From a bacterium (GTDB lineage Bacteria; Verrucomicrobiota; Verrucomicrobiia; Limisphaerales; UBA11358): a stretch of 64,000 nt of DNA. Both the position numbers and the translations under genes were made by a program. The notes under the pieces are model-generated. The model was not told the origin of the DNA and did no database searches. It was given only the letters and a program-made list of their open reading frames with translations. Shown here piece after piece: positions 31,827 through 41,168 of this stretch; positions within the stretch are counted from its first letter, which is position 1, and each line of letters begins with the position of its first letter. The DNA lies in assembly GCA_021813325.1 (NCBI GenBank), contig JAKALA010000013.1, positions 3,503 to 67,502 of the forward strand, read 5' to 3'.

Positions 31827-33542
31827 TTAGCGGGCCGAATTTTGAATCGGATCGCTCCAATTTCCGCCGGTGACCGGGCTATCCCAGTTGTTCTTCGGAT
31901 TCATGGGGTCTTTCATGGGGCTCAGCTTGCTCTTTAAAAATTCACCACTATGCGCCGCTTGGAAGTCGGAATCTTTGACAATGGTCGGGGTAATGAAGAT
32001 CAGCAAATTATCCTTGTTGACTTCCTTGTCTTCGCTGCGGAACAAGAGGCCCAATCCCGGGATGTCGCCCAGCAAGGGAACCTTGGTGTAACCGGCGCGC
32101 GGATTGTCCTGAACCAGACCGCCCAATACCAGCGTGTTGGAATTTGGAATTAACACCTGTGTTTCCACCGTGCGGAAGTCGAAGACGGGGGCCGCGTAGG
32201 TTGAGCCAGCCACGGTTTGAGAGAAATTACCAAAGAAGCTGGAGACTTCGGGCATAACTTTCAGCCAAATGTAGTCATTGGCGGAAATGCGAGGCGTGAC
32301 GTGCAGGATGGTGCCAACGTTGGTGTAGGAAACCTGTGACCCGCCAGCCGTGTTTTGTGTGCCCGCTTGCACACTGAAGACCGGGTAACCGCGGGTCACG
32401 GAAATCTTGGCTTCTTCGTTATCCAAGGTCACGATGCGGGGTGTGGACATAACTTGCGCTTCCGATGAGGAATTCAAGAAGGACAATACGGCGCTCAAAC
32501 CGTCGGCATTCAAGAAGCCGATGTCGGGCGTGGTGCCGCTCTTGGTGTTCCAGGAAAATCCACCACTGCCAATGCTGTTCACGACGTTTCCGGCTGAAGT
32601 CCAAGGATTGGCCGTTGCCACACCGGCGCCGTCCGTGCCGCTGGTGCCGGGGAACGAGGTGGTAATTGTGCCGCTGGCTTTGCCGTTGCCAAACGTCACG
32701 TTTTGCGCTTGCAGTGTGCCGGACCAATCAACGCCCTTCTGGGTCTTCGGATTGCTGGAAACCTCGATGAGCCGGGTTTCGATCAACACCTGCCGGGTGG
32801 GCTTGTCCAATTGGTTGATGAGGGTTTCCACGGCCACTTGCTCCGGGTCGGTGGCCACCACGACCAACTGGCTGGTGCGGATGTCGGTCAAAACTTTGCT
32901 GCGCTTGTCGGTCAACACGGACTGCGCGGCGTCCACCAGATTGGAAACGCTGGCGTATTTGAGCTGCACCACCTTGGTGGTCAGCGGCGGCGGCGCGGTC
33001 GGATCCTTCATGGTAATGCGGTCAATGCCGGTTTTCTTGTCGTGAATCAACTGGAGGGAATAGTTGTCCAGCAAGGCGAGCAGCGCGTTTTCAGCGGTGA
33101 TGTTTTCCCAGCGGATGGAAAGCGTGGGTTCCACCTTGATCTGACCGTTGGCATCGGGCTGGCCGTAGCCAATCTTGGGGTCGAGCATGTAATTGATGCC
33201 GGCCAAACGGGCCAGGTTTTCAATGGCAGTAGTCAGCGGCACGTCGGAAAACTTGATCTGGGGAATGCCGCTGGTGACTGGGGCGGGCGCGTTGGTGCCG
33301 GCGGTTTCGGCGGCCGGTTCCTGGGGCACGGCATTGGTCTCGGCCGCAGGGGCGTTATTTGTGTCGGTCGTTGCCTCCGTGGTGACCGTCGCGGCCGGGG
33401 GGGGGGTGGTCACCGCCGCCGGCTCATTCGTTTGAGCAGTCGATGGGTCGGTGGTTTGGGCGTGAGCCATCAGGACGCTGGCAAGTCCCACTAGCATGGC
33501 ATAGAAGGTTGTTTTGATGGCTTGGTTATGTTTAGTGTTCAT
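31827..33542 (-). CDS. pilQ: secretin (PilQ/GspD family) with STN-like N-domain and Thr/Pro/Ala-rich linker
   Basis: IKFSDVPLTTAIENLARLAGINYMLDP is STN-like. The C-terminal secretin signature is VPLLGDIPGLGLLFRSEDKEVNKDNLLIFITPTIV. Confidence 0.9.
   Translation of the reverse strand: MNTKHNQAIKTTFYAMLVGLASVLMAHAQTTDPSTAQTNEPAAVTTPPPAATVTTEATTDTNNAPAAETNAVPQEPAAETAGTNAPAPVTSGIPQIKFSDVPLTTAIENLARLAGINYMLDPKIGYGQPDANGQIKVEPTLSIRWENITAENALLALLDNYSLQLIHDKKTGIDRITMKDPTAPPPLTTKVVQLKYASVSNLVDAAQSVLTDKRSKVLTDIRTSQLVVVATDPEQVAVETLINQLDKPTRQVLIETRLIEVSSNPKTQKGVDWSGTLQAQNVTFGNGKASGTITTSFPGTSGTDGAGVATANPWTSAGNVVNSIGSGGFSWNTKSGTTPDIGFLNADGLSAVLSFLNSSSEAQVMSTPRIVTLDNEEAKISVTRGYPVFSVQAGTQNTAGGSQVSYTNVGTILHVTPRISANDYIWLKVMPEVSSFFGNFSQTVAGSTYAAPVFDFRTVETQVLIPNSNTLVLGGLVQDNPRAGYTKVPLLGDIPGLGLLFRSEDKEVNKDNLLIFITPTIVKDSDFQAAHSGEFLKSKLSPMKDPMNPKNNWDSPVTGGNWSDPIQNSAR
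33397..33406. repeat. G10 homopolymer (C10 on the coding strand) inside the secretin gene
   Basis: Read directly. It encodes TTPPPAA in the post-signal-peptide linker (about codon 46). Confidence 0.95.
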
Positions 33543-33586
33543 GATGTCTGTCCCCCCGGCGCGTTTTTTGGTTTTGGTTTTTAAGA

Positions 33587-34009
33587 CTATTGGGATTCCA
33601 GATTCAATTTGTGAACCTGGCTGTCCACTTCAACGAGAACCGAATTTTGATTTATCTCCAGGCAGCGGATGTGAATTTTTCCCGACTGGGTGATCACGTC
33701 GCCTTCATCTCCGGCGGAAAACGAATGGTTGTTGATGATGGCCAGGACGTTTTTGCCCGTGCCTGAGATGCCCAATAGTTTTAGGGCGGTCAGGTCAACC
33801 GTCTTGGTGGCGGCGACCATGGCTTCAAACAAGCGGGTCGATTCGGGAAAAAACGGGTCGCGGCCTTCTTTGCTGTTGGTGGGAATGATGAAGACGGACC
33901 GGGTCTTTGCCGTTTCCGGCGACGGTTTGGCGGCGGCCGCCGTGGCGCTGATTCCCGAAACCAGCAGCGTGGCGAGCGACAGGTTGAAAATGGAATGGGG
34001 CAAATTCAC
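33587..34009 (-). CDS. PilP-like small periplasmic protein
   Basis: Signal peptide, an RDPFFP motif (PilP-type RDPF.P), and operon position between the pilO-like and secretin genes. Confidence 0.55.
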   Translation of the reverse strand: MNLPHSIFNLSLATLLVSGISATAAAAKPSPETAKTRSVFIIPTNSKEGRDPFFPESTRLFEAMVAATKTVDLTALKLLGISGTGKNVLAIINNHSFSAGDEGDVITQSGKIHIRCLEINQNSVLVEVDSQVHKLNLESQ

Positions 34010-34015
34010 AAGCGT

Positions 34016-34588
34016 TTAGGAGTTGGATTTCACCAGGGCCACAATTTCCATGCGGAAAGCGAGTTTTTCGCTGGAGGTTCCGGAAAGTCCCGCGTGGTCC
34101 AGAGACAAATTGATGACCCGCATGTGGGGGAATTTATTCTCCAAGTCGGCCACGAACTTACCAATGTCATGGTAAAAGCCCGTGCCCATGATGGAGAATT
34201 TGATCTGTTTGTAGGGAAAGTCGGGAATTAGATCGACGGACGACTGGGCGGGCTGGCCGATGGTGGGAATGTCCACCGGATAATTGGCCTTAAACTGGCG
34301 GATGGTGTCATAAGTCCAGGCAAAAACATCGCCCGAGGCCACGTCGGTTTCCTCTTGATGCAATTTATTGGCGATTTCGACCGTGGCGTTCGTGGTGGTC
34401 TGGGTCTGCTTAATGGTTTTCTTCATCAAGTCCAGTTTGGATTGCTCGGATTTTGTTTCACTGACCAGCCGGTCTTTCTCTTCGTTTTGCGGGCTGATGA
34501 GCAAAAAATAAACCATGCCGATCAGGACGGCCGTGATCAGGCCGACCATGATCAATTGGTTGCGTTTGGCTGGAGATAAACGTTTCAT
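34016..34588 (-). CDS. pilO: PilO-like pilus/secretin assembly protein
   Basis: Single N-terminal TM, a coiled-coil region, and its position after pilN with a 4-nt overlap. Confidence 0.65.
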   Translation of the reverse strand: MKRLSPAKRNQLIMVGLITAVLIGMVYFLLISPQNEEKDRLVSETKSEQSKLDLMKKTIKQTQTTTNATVEIANKLHQEETDVASGDVFAWTYDTIRQFKANYPVDIPTIGQPAQSSVDLIPDFPYKQIKFSIMGTGFYHDIGKFVADLENKFPHMRVINLSLDHAGLSGTSSEKLAFRMEIVALVKSNS

Positions 34589-35256
34589 CGGGTGATGTCA
34601 GGGAAGCGGCACTCCAAGGTGAATTGCACTGACGATTTGCCGTTGGGCCCCGGCTGCGGGGCGCTCAAATTCAATAGTCTGACGCCATTGGTCTTGTTCA
34701 GGGAGTTCTTGAAAAATTCCGATTGCAGGATTGCATCCTTGAAGGGATTCACCTGGTCTCCGGGATTCGGGCTGAAATCCCGGGCGTCCAGCGTCAGCGT
34801 GTTTTGTTCCACGACGGTGGCCGGACGTTTCGGCACCACCACGCTGCCATTGGTTTTGGCCGGACTGCCCGGCGTGTAAATGCAATTTTGTTCCATGCGC
34901 AACCGGGTCAGTTGCACATTGGGCACATAAATTTTCTGGAGCGCGTTCAGCAGATTGCCCTGGAGAAAACGGTTGGTGCTCAATTGTTGCAGGGCGCCGA
35001 GGCGCTCTTCCCCCTCGGAGAGCGTTTTCATGGACAGCAGCACCCGGTTGTAATCATTGGTGAGCGATTTCCGGGCGTCTTGAACCTGGCTGAAATCTTT
35101 CTGGGCCAGCTTGCAATTCAGCCAGGTGGAACTGAACCAAACCAGGGAAATGGAAACCAGCAACGCGCTGATGAAAATGGCGCGCTTGACAGGATCGCGC
35201 CGGCGCAACTCCTGTTCCGCCAGCGCCTCGGTCAATAGATTGATGCGAATGGGCAT
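34585..35256 (-). CDS. pilN: PilN-like (fimbrial assembly) protein
   Basis: MPIRINLLTE... N-terminus followed by a single TM. Start chosen at the MPIRINLL Met. Confidence 0.75.
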   Translation of the reverse strand: MPIRINLLTEALAEQELRRRDPVKRAIFISALLVSISLVWFSSTWLNCKLAQKDFSQVQDARKSLTNDYNRVLLSMKTLSEGEERLGALQQLSTNRFLQGNLLNALQKIYVPNVQLTRLRMEQNCIYTPGSPAKTNGSVVVPKRPATVVEQNTLTLDARDFSPNPGDQVNPFKDAILQSEFFKNSLNKTNGVRLLNLSAPQPGPNGKSSVQFTLECRFPDITR

Positions 35257-35263
35257 AGTCTTT

Positions 35264-36361
35264 CTAGTAAGCAGCCAGCGCCGTGCCAATGGCCACCGCC
35301 AGTTGCGGCCCGACGTGCTCGATCTCCACCGCCTGCTGGCCCGGCAAAGTCTTCTGCAAGGAAGCGGTGGGATTCCAAGTCTTGCATTCCGTCAGGATCT
35401 CCGAGTTCAACATCTGGATGATGGTTTCCGAGCGGGCGGTCCCGCCGCTCAGGTAAACTTGCGAGACCGGGCGGTCGTGTTGATGTTCGAAAAAGTCCAG
35501 CGAGGCGCGGATTTCGCGGCCCAGCGGAATGACCTGCATTTGCAGCTCGGCCTCCACTTCCGAGGCCATGCCGATCTTGATGCCTTCGGCTTCGGCGTAA
35601 CTGATGTTCTTCATCTCCGCCAAACCTGTCGTCAATTGGTTGCCGCCGATGTTGACGACGCGGTTGGTGGCCAGCTCGCCGCGGTCCAGCACGCTGACCG
35701 ATGTGTATTTAAAACCAATGTCAACCAGCGCCACCGTTTCCTTGGCGAAAACCTCCGGCAGGGCCATTTCAAAGGCGTTGATGGGACCGACGACCGAGGG
35801 CACCAGGGCATCCGCAGTCAGGCCGGCCAGGCTGGCGGCCTGGAGAAAATCCGCAATCAACTGCTGCTTGGCCGCCGCGACCAGGACTTTGAATTTCGTT
35901 GAAAACGCGGCGCCGGCATTGCGCGGCGCGTCGCCCGCCTTGGCCGGAGCCGCCTCCGCGCGCGGCGGAATAATGAAGCAGTCGAAAACGTGATTGGGCA
36001 AATCTTGTTGCAAATAACTTTTGTGGTTCATCTTCATGATGCCGCGCATCTCGTCCACGGGCATTTGCGGCAGCTCCACCTGGCGCACCACCGCGTCTCC
36101 CAAGCCCACCGCGACGCTGATGAATTTGGTGGCGCTTTGCAGCGCCGTGCTGATCGTGTGAAAATGATCCGCCAGTTGTTCCGGTGAAATTTTCTTGTCG
36201 AAGATGGGCGCTTCCAACATGGCATACCGCGTCAGGGCAAAACTCTCCCCGCGTCGTTCCAGCAACACGGCCTTGGTGGTCCGGCTGCCGAGATCGATGG
36301 AGATGACTTGGGCGCGTTTTTTCCGGGAAGAGCCGTTCAGGAATGGCGGTAGCAGGGCCAT
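35264..36361 (-). CDS. pilM: PilM, actin-like ATPase-fold pilus assembly protein
   Basis: VISIDLGSRTTKAVLLERRG..FALTRYA, VDIGFKYTSVSVL and YLSGGTA are typical of PilM. Confidence 0.9.
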   Translation of the reverse strand: MALLPPFLNGSSRKKRAQVISIDLGSRTTKAVLLERRGESFALTRYAMLEAPIFDKKISPEQLADHFHTISTALQSATKFISVAVGLGDAVVRQVELPQMPVDEMRGIMKMNHKSYLQQDLPNHVFDCFIIPPRAEAAPAKAGDAPRNAGAAFSTKFKVLVAAAKQQLIADFLQAASLAGLTADALVPSVVGPINAFEMALPEVFAKETVALVDIGFKYTSVSVLDRGELATNRVVNIGGNQLTTGLAEMKNISYAEAEGIKIGMASEVEAELQMQVIPLGREIRASLDFFEHQHDRPVSQVYLSGGTARSETIIQMLNSEILTECKTWNPTASLQKTLPGQQAVEIEHVGPQLAVAIGTALAAY

Positions 36362-36524
36362 GTTTTCTTCTTATAGTTTGGTTTGTTCCGATTGCAAGCT
36401 GCAAATTGTTATCCGCGTTCGGGAAGCAGTTGCTGCGCCAGTTCAGTCCGCTCAACGCTTTTTCCCGGAAAAGCCCGGAAGTCGGATTAATTTAAAACAG
36501 ATGTGTCCCGAATCTGGCCGCCGA

Positions 36525-37397
36525 TCACGCGATTTCATGTGCCCGGCGGCGGGCCATGTCCAAAAAAGCATCCAGCAGCGGTGTGTTTTTACCACGCCAC
36601 AATACACCGATGAGCGCGGGCGGAAAATCTTTCAACGGGATGGCGCGCACATTTGCCGGGAATTGCCGTTTGGGCACCGCAATGCTCAATCCGATTCCCA
36701 AACCATTGGCCACATAGGTTTCGATCAAGTCAATGGAACTGGCTTCCACCGAGGGAAACCATTCTGTCCCCAACTCGGACAGTCTGGTCAAAAAGTGTTT
36801 GGTCAAGCCTTCGTGCGCCGGCAGGCAAATCAAGGAATCCGTAATTTTATCGCGCTTCCAAAGATCCGCCGCCGATTTGAGCGGATTGGATTTATCCACC
36901 AGCAACACCAACGGCAATTCGAGCATCACCTCGGATTGAAAACCCACCGGCGGTTTCCGCTCGATCAACGTGATGACCAGATCGATTTCATCTTTGGCCA
37001 GCATCTCCTCCAATTGGGCGGGAAATCCCTCGCGCAAGGCCACCTTCAGCGCGGGAAATTTTTTGTGAACGCCCTGCAACAGTTTGGGCAAATGATCCCG
37101 CAATACAATCGTCGAGGCCCCGATGCGGAAATGGCGTGCCTGACCGCCCTGCAATTCCGTCGCCATCTTGTCGAGATTGGAAAAAAATGGAGCGCAAAAC
37201 TCGTAAAGACTTTCCCCGGCCGCCGTCAGCACGAAGGGCCGCCTTTGAAACAAGGTCACGCCGAGGAATTCCTCCAACTGCGCCACCTGCGCGCTGACCG
37301 CCGGCTGTTGAATGCCGTAGGGAATGTTGCGCACCGCCGGCATGATCCCGCCATGTTTGGCGACGTAATAAAAAAGCTCAAGGTGATGGACGTTCAT
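36525..37397 (-). CDS. LysR-family transcriptional regulator
   Basis: MNVHHLELFYYVAKHGGI...QPAVSAQVAQLEEFLGVTLFQRRP is the HTH. LysR substrate-binding domain follows. Confidence 0.9.
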   Translation of the reverse strand: MNVHHLELFYYVAKHGGIMPAVRNIPYGIQQPAVSAQVAQLEEFLGVTLFQRRPFVLTAAGESLYEFCAPFFSNLDKMATELQGGQARHFRIGASTIVLRDHLPKLLQGVHKKFPALKVALREGFPAQLEEMLAKDEIDLVITLIERKPPVGFQSEVMLELPLVLLVDKSNPLKSAADLWKRDKITDSLICLPAHEGLTKHFLTRLSELGTEWFPSVEASSIDLIETYVANGLGIGLSIAVPKRQFPANVRAIPLKDFPPALIGVLWRGKNTPLLDAFLDMARRRAHEIA

Positions 37398-37600
37398 TAT
37401 CTGGTGGGCGGCGTTGCCGGCCGCCACTGTTACCCCGTAGCGGGTCCGTTGGCAAGCCGGGAGAACGCCTGAACAATTGCGCGCGTCTTCGGGTGGGAAT
37501 TGTTCAGGGCCGCCGGCCAGGGGCGGCGTATTGCTTCAAACAATGTTGCGGCCAAGTTTTTCGATTCACACCTTCTAATTGAATTGTTTAGTGTGGCGGC

Positions 37601-40600
37601 GTGAACGAACTCTCTTTGCATAAACCGGCCGACACCAAAACTGGCGCCAAGGGTTTTTGGGCGCTCATGGTCACTCAATTCCAGGGCGCGTTCAGCGACA
37701 ACGTGGTGAAAAATCTGGTCGTGTTCGTCGCGCTCTTTGGCGCGAGCATGACGCTGGAGGAAAAGAACACCTACGGCGAATCCATCGCCGCGTTGTTTTC
37801 CCTGCCGTTTATTTTATTCTCCATGACCGGCGGCTTTCTGGCCGATCGCTTTAGCAAGCGCTCCGTCATGCTGGGCGTGAAGATTTTTGAGTTGCTCATC
37901 ATGTCGCTGGTTTTATTGGGGCTGCTCTATTGGAACAAAAATTTGCTGCTGGCCGGCGTTTTTTTCATGGGCACGCACAGCGCCATTTTCGGGCCTTCAA
38001 AATATGGTTCGCTGCCCGAACTGCTGCCCGAACAAAAACTATCCTGGGGCAACGGCATTTTGGAACTGGGCACGTTCATGGCCATCATTCTCGGCACCGT
38101 TGCCGCGGCGCTGCTGGCGCAATATTTCCACGGCAAACAATGGGGGACCGGCGTCATCCTGATTGGTCTGGCTGTGATCGGTTTGCTGGCCTGTGTGCGC
38201 ATCACCAAAATTCCCGCCGCCAGTCCGCAAAAGCGTTATGACCCCAACTTTCTGGGCGAAATCTGGCGGCAGGTCCGCGCCATGCGTGGCGACCGGCCGC
38301 TGTGGCTCGCGCTTTGCGGCAACACCTATTTCAACTTCCTGGGCATGCTGCTGCTGCTCAATTTATTCTTTTATGGCGCGGAAACATTGCATGTATCGGA
38401 AACGCATATCGGACTGCTGAACGTGGCCCTGGCGCTGGGCATTGGACTGGGCAGCGTGGCCGCCGGTTATCTTTCCGCCGGCAAAATCGAATACGGTCTG
38501 GTTCCGTTTGGCGCCTTTGGGCTTTCTATTTTTTCCAGCTTGCTGGCGCGTCCGGCCACCGGCTTGGCAACTTCGTTTGCGCTGCTGATGTTGCTCGGCT
38601 TTGCCGGCGGATTCTTCATTGTTCCGGTCGCGGCGTTGCTCCAGCATCGTCCATCCCGTGAAAACAAAGGCCAGGTCCAGGCCACCGCCAACTGGTTTTC
38701 ATTTGTCGGCGTGTTTCTGGCCTCGGGCGCGCATTGGTTGCTGGCCCAAAAACTTCAACTCACGCCGCGGGGCATTTTTCTCGTGGGCGGACTGCTAACG
38801 TTGGCCGGGGCGATCTACGTTTTATTCCTGCTGCCGGAGGCCTTGCTGCGGTTTGTGATGTGGTGTTTGACGCATACGATTTATCGCATCCGCATCATTG
38901 GACGGGACCACATACCAGAGAAAGGTGGCGCGCTCTTTGTTTGCAATCACGTTTCTTACGTCGATGCCTGTCTGCTGGCGGCTTCCACGGATCGTTCGAT
39001 TCGCTTCATGATGTTCAAAGATATTTACGAGAAAACCTGGATCAAACCGTTTGCCAAAATCATGCGGGTGATTCCCGTGTCGTCTGAACAACGCCCGCGC
39101 GAACTCATTCACTCCCTGCAAACGGCCAGCGAAGCCATTCGCAACGGCGAAGTGGTTTGTATTTTTGCCGAGGGGCAAATCACGCGGATCGGACAACTGC
39201 TGCCGTTTCGCCGCGGCATGGAGCGCATCATGAAAGACCTGGACGCGCCCATCATTCCGGTGGCGTTGGATGGCGTGCTTGGGGGACCGCTGAGCTTTCG
39301 GCGGGGCCGGTTGGTGCATCTCATCACCGCACGCTGTCCACATCCGGTGACCGTGAGTTTTGGTCAACCCATGCCGGCGGCCACCACGCCGTTTGCGGTG
39401 CGTGAGGCGGTTCAAGCGTTGCAGGTAAATGCCTGGCAAATGCGACGCGAACAAATGCAGCCTTTGCACCGGAATTTAATTCGCATGGCCCGCGAACATC
39501 CGCGTCGCATGGCCATGGCGGACGCGCAGACACCCAAAGCCACGTTTGCCGCTGTTTGGTTGAAGACCGTGTTTCTGGCTGGCCGCTTGAAGCCCACGTG
39601 GCAAGGTCAAAAGATGGTGGGAATCTATCTGCCACCCAGCGTTCCCGGGGCGCTGGTCAATTATGCGGCGTTCTTGTGCGGCAAAGTGCCGGTAAATCTC
39701 AATTACACCTTGTCGGAAACGACGTTGGCGCACTGCGTCAAACAATGCGAAATCAAGACGGTGATCACGTCGCGGAAATTCGTGGAGAAAGTCAAGCTCA
39801 CGCCGCCCGGTGAATTGATTTATCTCGAAGATTTGGCGGCGGCCCCGTCATATGCTGAAAAACTGAAGGCGTTTTTTCTCGCCAAACTGGCGCCGAAGTT
39901 CTGGCTGGAACGGAGGTTCGGCTCGGCCGGCACAAAGATGGATGCGGTCGCCACCATCATTTTTTCGAGCGGCAGCACCGGCGAACCCAAGGGGGTGATG
40001 CTGTCGCAATTCAACCTGCTCGCGAATATCGAACAGTGCGGTGAGGTCATCGCGCTGGATGAGTCCCAGCGCGTGCTGGGGATTCTGCCATTTTTCCACT
40101 CGTTCGGTTTTACCGTGACGTTGTGCCTGCCGTTGTTATTGGGTTCCGGCGTGGTTTACTACCCCAATCCGCTCGATTCAAAAGGCATTGGGGCGATTGT
40201 GCGTGAGCATAAAGTGACCGTCATGCTGGCGACCGCGACGTTTCTGCAAATCTATCTGCGCGGCGTGGCGCCGGAAGATTTCGGCAGTTTGCGCCTGATC
40301 GTGACCGGCGCGGAAAAATTGCCGGAACGCCTGGCGGCAGCGTTTGAGGAGCGCTTTGGCATCCGTCCGCTGGAAGGCTATGGCACCACGGAATGCGCTC
40401 CGGCGGTGGCGGTGAATGCCTGGGATTTTCGCGCGGCCGGCTTCTATCAGGTGGGCGGCAAGCATGGCAAAATCGGTCAGCCGGTGCCGGGCATGTGCGT
40501 GCGGATCGTCGATCCGGAAAATCCCTGGACCGGAAAATCGCTGCCGGCCGGCGAGCCGGGGATGTTGCTGGTGCGGGGACCAAACGTCATGCTGGGTTAT

Positions 40601-41038
40601 TTGAACCAGCCCGAAAAAACCGCCGACGTTTTGCGTGATGGCTGGTATTGCACGGGCGACATGGCCATGCTGGATGAAGATGGTTTCCTGCAAATCACCG
40701 GTCGCTTGAACCGTTTCAGCAAGATCGGCGGCGAAATGGTGCCGCATCTGAAAATTGAGGAGCGGCTGCAAGAACTGGCCGGCGTGGCGGAAGTGGCGTT
40801 TGTGGTGCTCGGCGTGCCGGATGAAAAGAAGGGAGAACGGCTGGTGGTTTTGCACAAAATTTCAGCAACCGGCCTGCCGGCGTTGCTGGAAAAATTTGCG
40901 GCCTGCGATCTGCCAAACTTATGGAAGCCAAAAGCCGATGCGTTTTATCCGGTGGAAGAATTTCCGATGCTCGGCACCGGAAAATTGGACTTGCGAACCG
41001 CCAAAGCCATGGCGTTGCAGTTGGCGGCGCCCCGGTGA
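37601..41038 (+). CDS. triple fusion: MFS lysophospholipid transporter (LplT-like) + PlsC-type acyltransferase + AMP-forming acyl-ACP synthetase (Aas-like)
   Basis: About 12 TM in the N-terminal 400 aa. The acyltransferase HX4D is FVCNHVSYVDA. AMP-binding motifs are IIFSSGSTGEPKGV, GYGTTE and YCTGD. Confidence 0.85.
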   Translation: MNELSLHKPADTKTGAKGFWALMVTQFQGAFSDNVVKNLVVFVALFGASMTLEEKNTYGESIAALFSLPFILFSMTGGFLADRFSKRSVMLGVKIFELLIMSLVLLGLLYWNKNLLLAGVFFMGTHSAIFGPSKYGSLPELLPEQKLSWGNGILELGTFMAIILGTVAAALLAQYFHGKQWGTGVILIGLAVIGLLACVRITKIPAASPQKRYDPNFLGEIWRQVRAMRGDRPLWLALCGNTYFNFLGMLLLLNLFFYGAETLHVSETHIGLLNVALALGIGLGSVAAGYLSAGKIEYGLVPFGAFGLSIFSSLLARPATGLATSFALLMLLGFAGGFFIVPVAALLQHRPSRENKGQVQATANWFSFVGVFLASGAHWLLAQKLQLTPRGIFLVGGLLTLAGAIYVLFLLPEALLRFVMWCLTHTIYRIRIIGRDHIPEKGGALFVCNHVSYVDACLLAASTDRSIRFMMFKDIYEKTWIKPFAKIMRVIPVSSEQRPRELIHSLQTASEAIRNGEVVCIFAEGQITRIGQLLPFRRGMERIMKDLDAPIIPVALDGVLGGPLSFRRGRLVHLITARCPHPVTVSFGQPMPAATTPFAVREAVQALQVNAWQMRREQMQPLHRNLIRMAREHPRRMAMADAQTPKATFAAVWLKTVFLAGRLKPTWQGQKMVGIYLPPSVPGALVNYAAFLCGKVPVNLNYTLSETTLAHCVKQCEIKTVITSRKFVEKVKLTPPGELIYLEDLAAAPSYAEKLKAFFLAKLAPKFWLERRFGSAGTKMDAVATIIFSSGSTGEPKGVMLSQFNLLANIEQCGEVIALDESQRVLGILPFFHSFGFTVTLCLPLLLGSGVVYYPNPLDSKGIGAIVREHKVTVMLATATFLQIYLRGVAPEDFGSLRLIVTGAEKLPERLAAAFEERFGIRPLEGYGTTECAPAVAVNAWDFRAAGFYQVGGKHGKIGQPVPGMCVRIVDPENPWTGKSLPAGEPGMLLVRGPNVMLGYLNQPEKTADVLRDGWYCTGDMAMLDEDGFLQITGRLNRFSKIGGEMVPHLKIEERLQELAGVAEVAFVVLGVPDEKKGERLVVLHKISATGLPALLEKFAACDLPNLWKPKADAFYPVEEFPMLGTGKLDLRTAKAMALQLAAPR

Positions 41039-41168
41039 TTGGCTGGCATTGGCGCGGAATTAGTCCGTAAACATTGGCATTCCGGGCAGCAAGCGGCCTT
41101 GGATGGCGTTAAACGACGGATTGCATTTTGCATTAGACCCCGGACCCGACTGTGGCTAAAGTGGCGGC

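Noticed and set aside
36195-37472. 425-aa plus-strand ORF
   Set aside because: It overlaps the pilM start and the whole LysR gene in antisense. The LysR frame has an unmistakable HTH, and this ORF has no motif.
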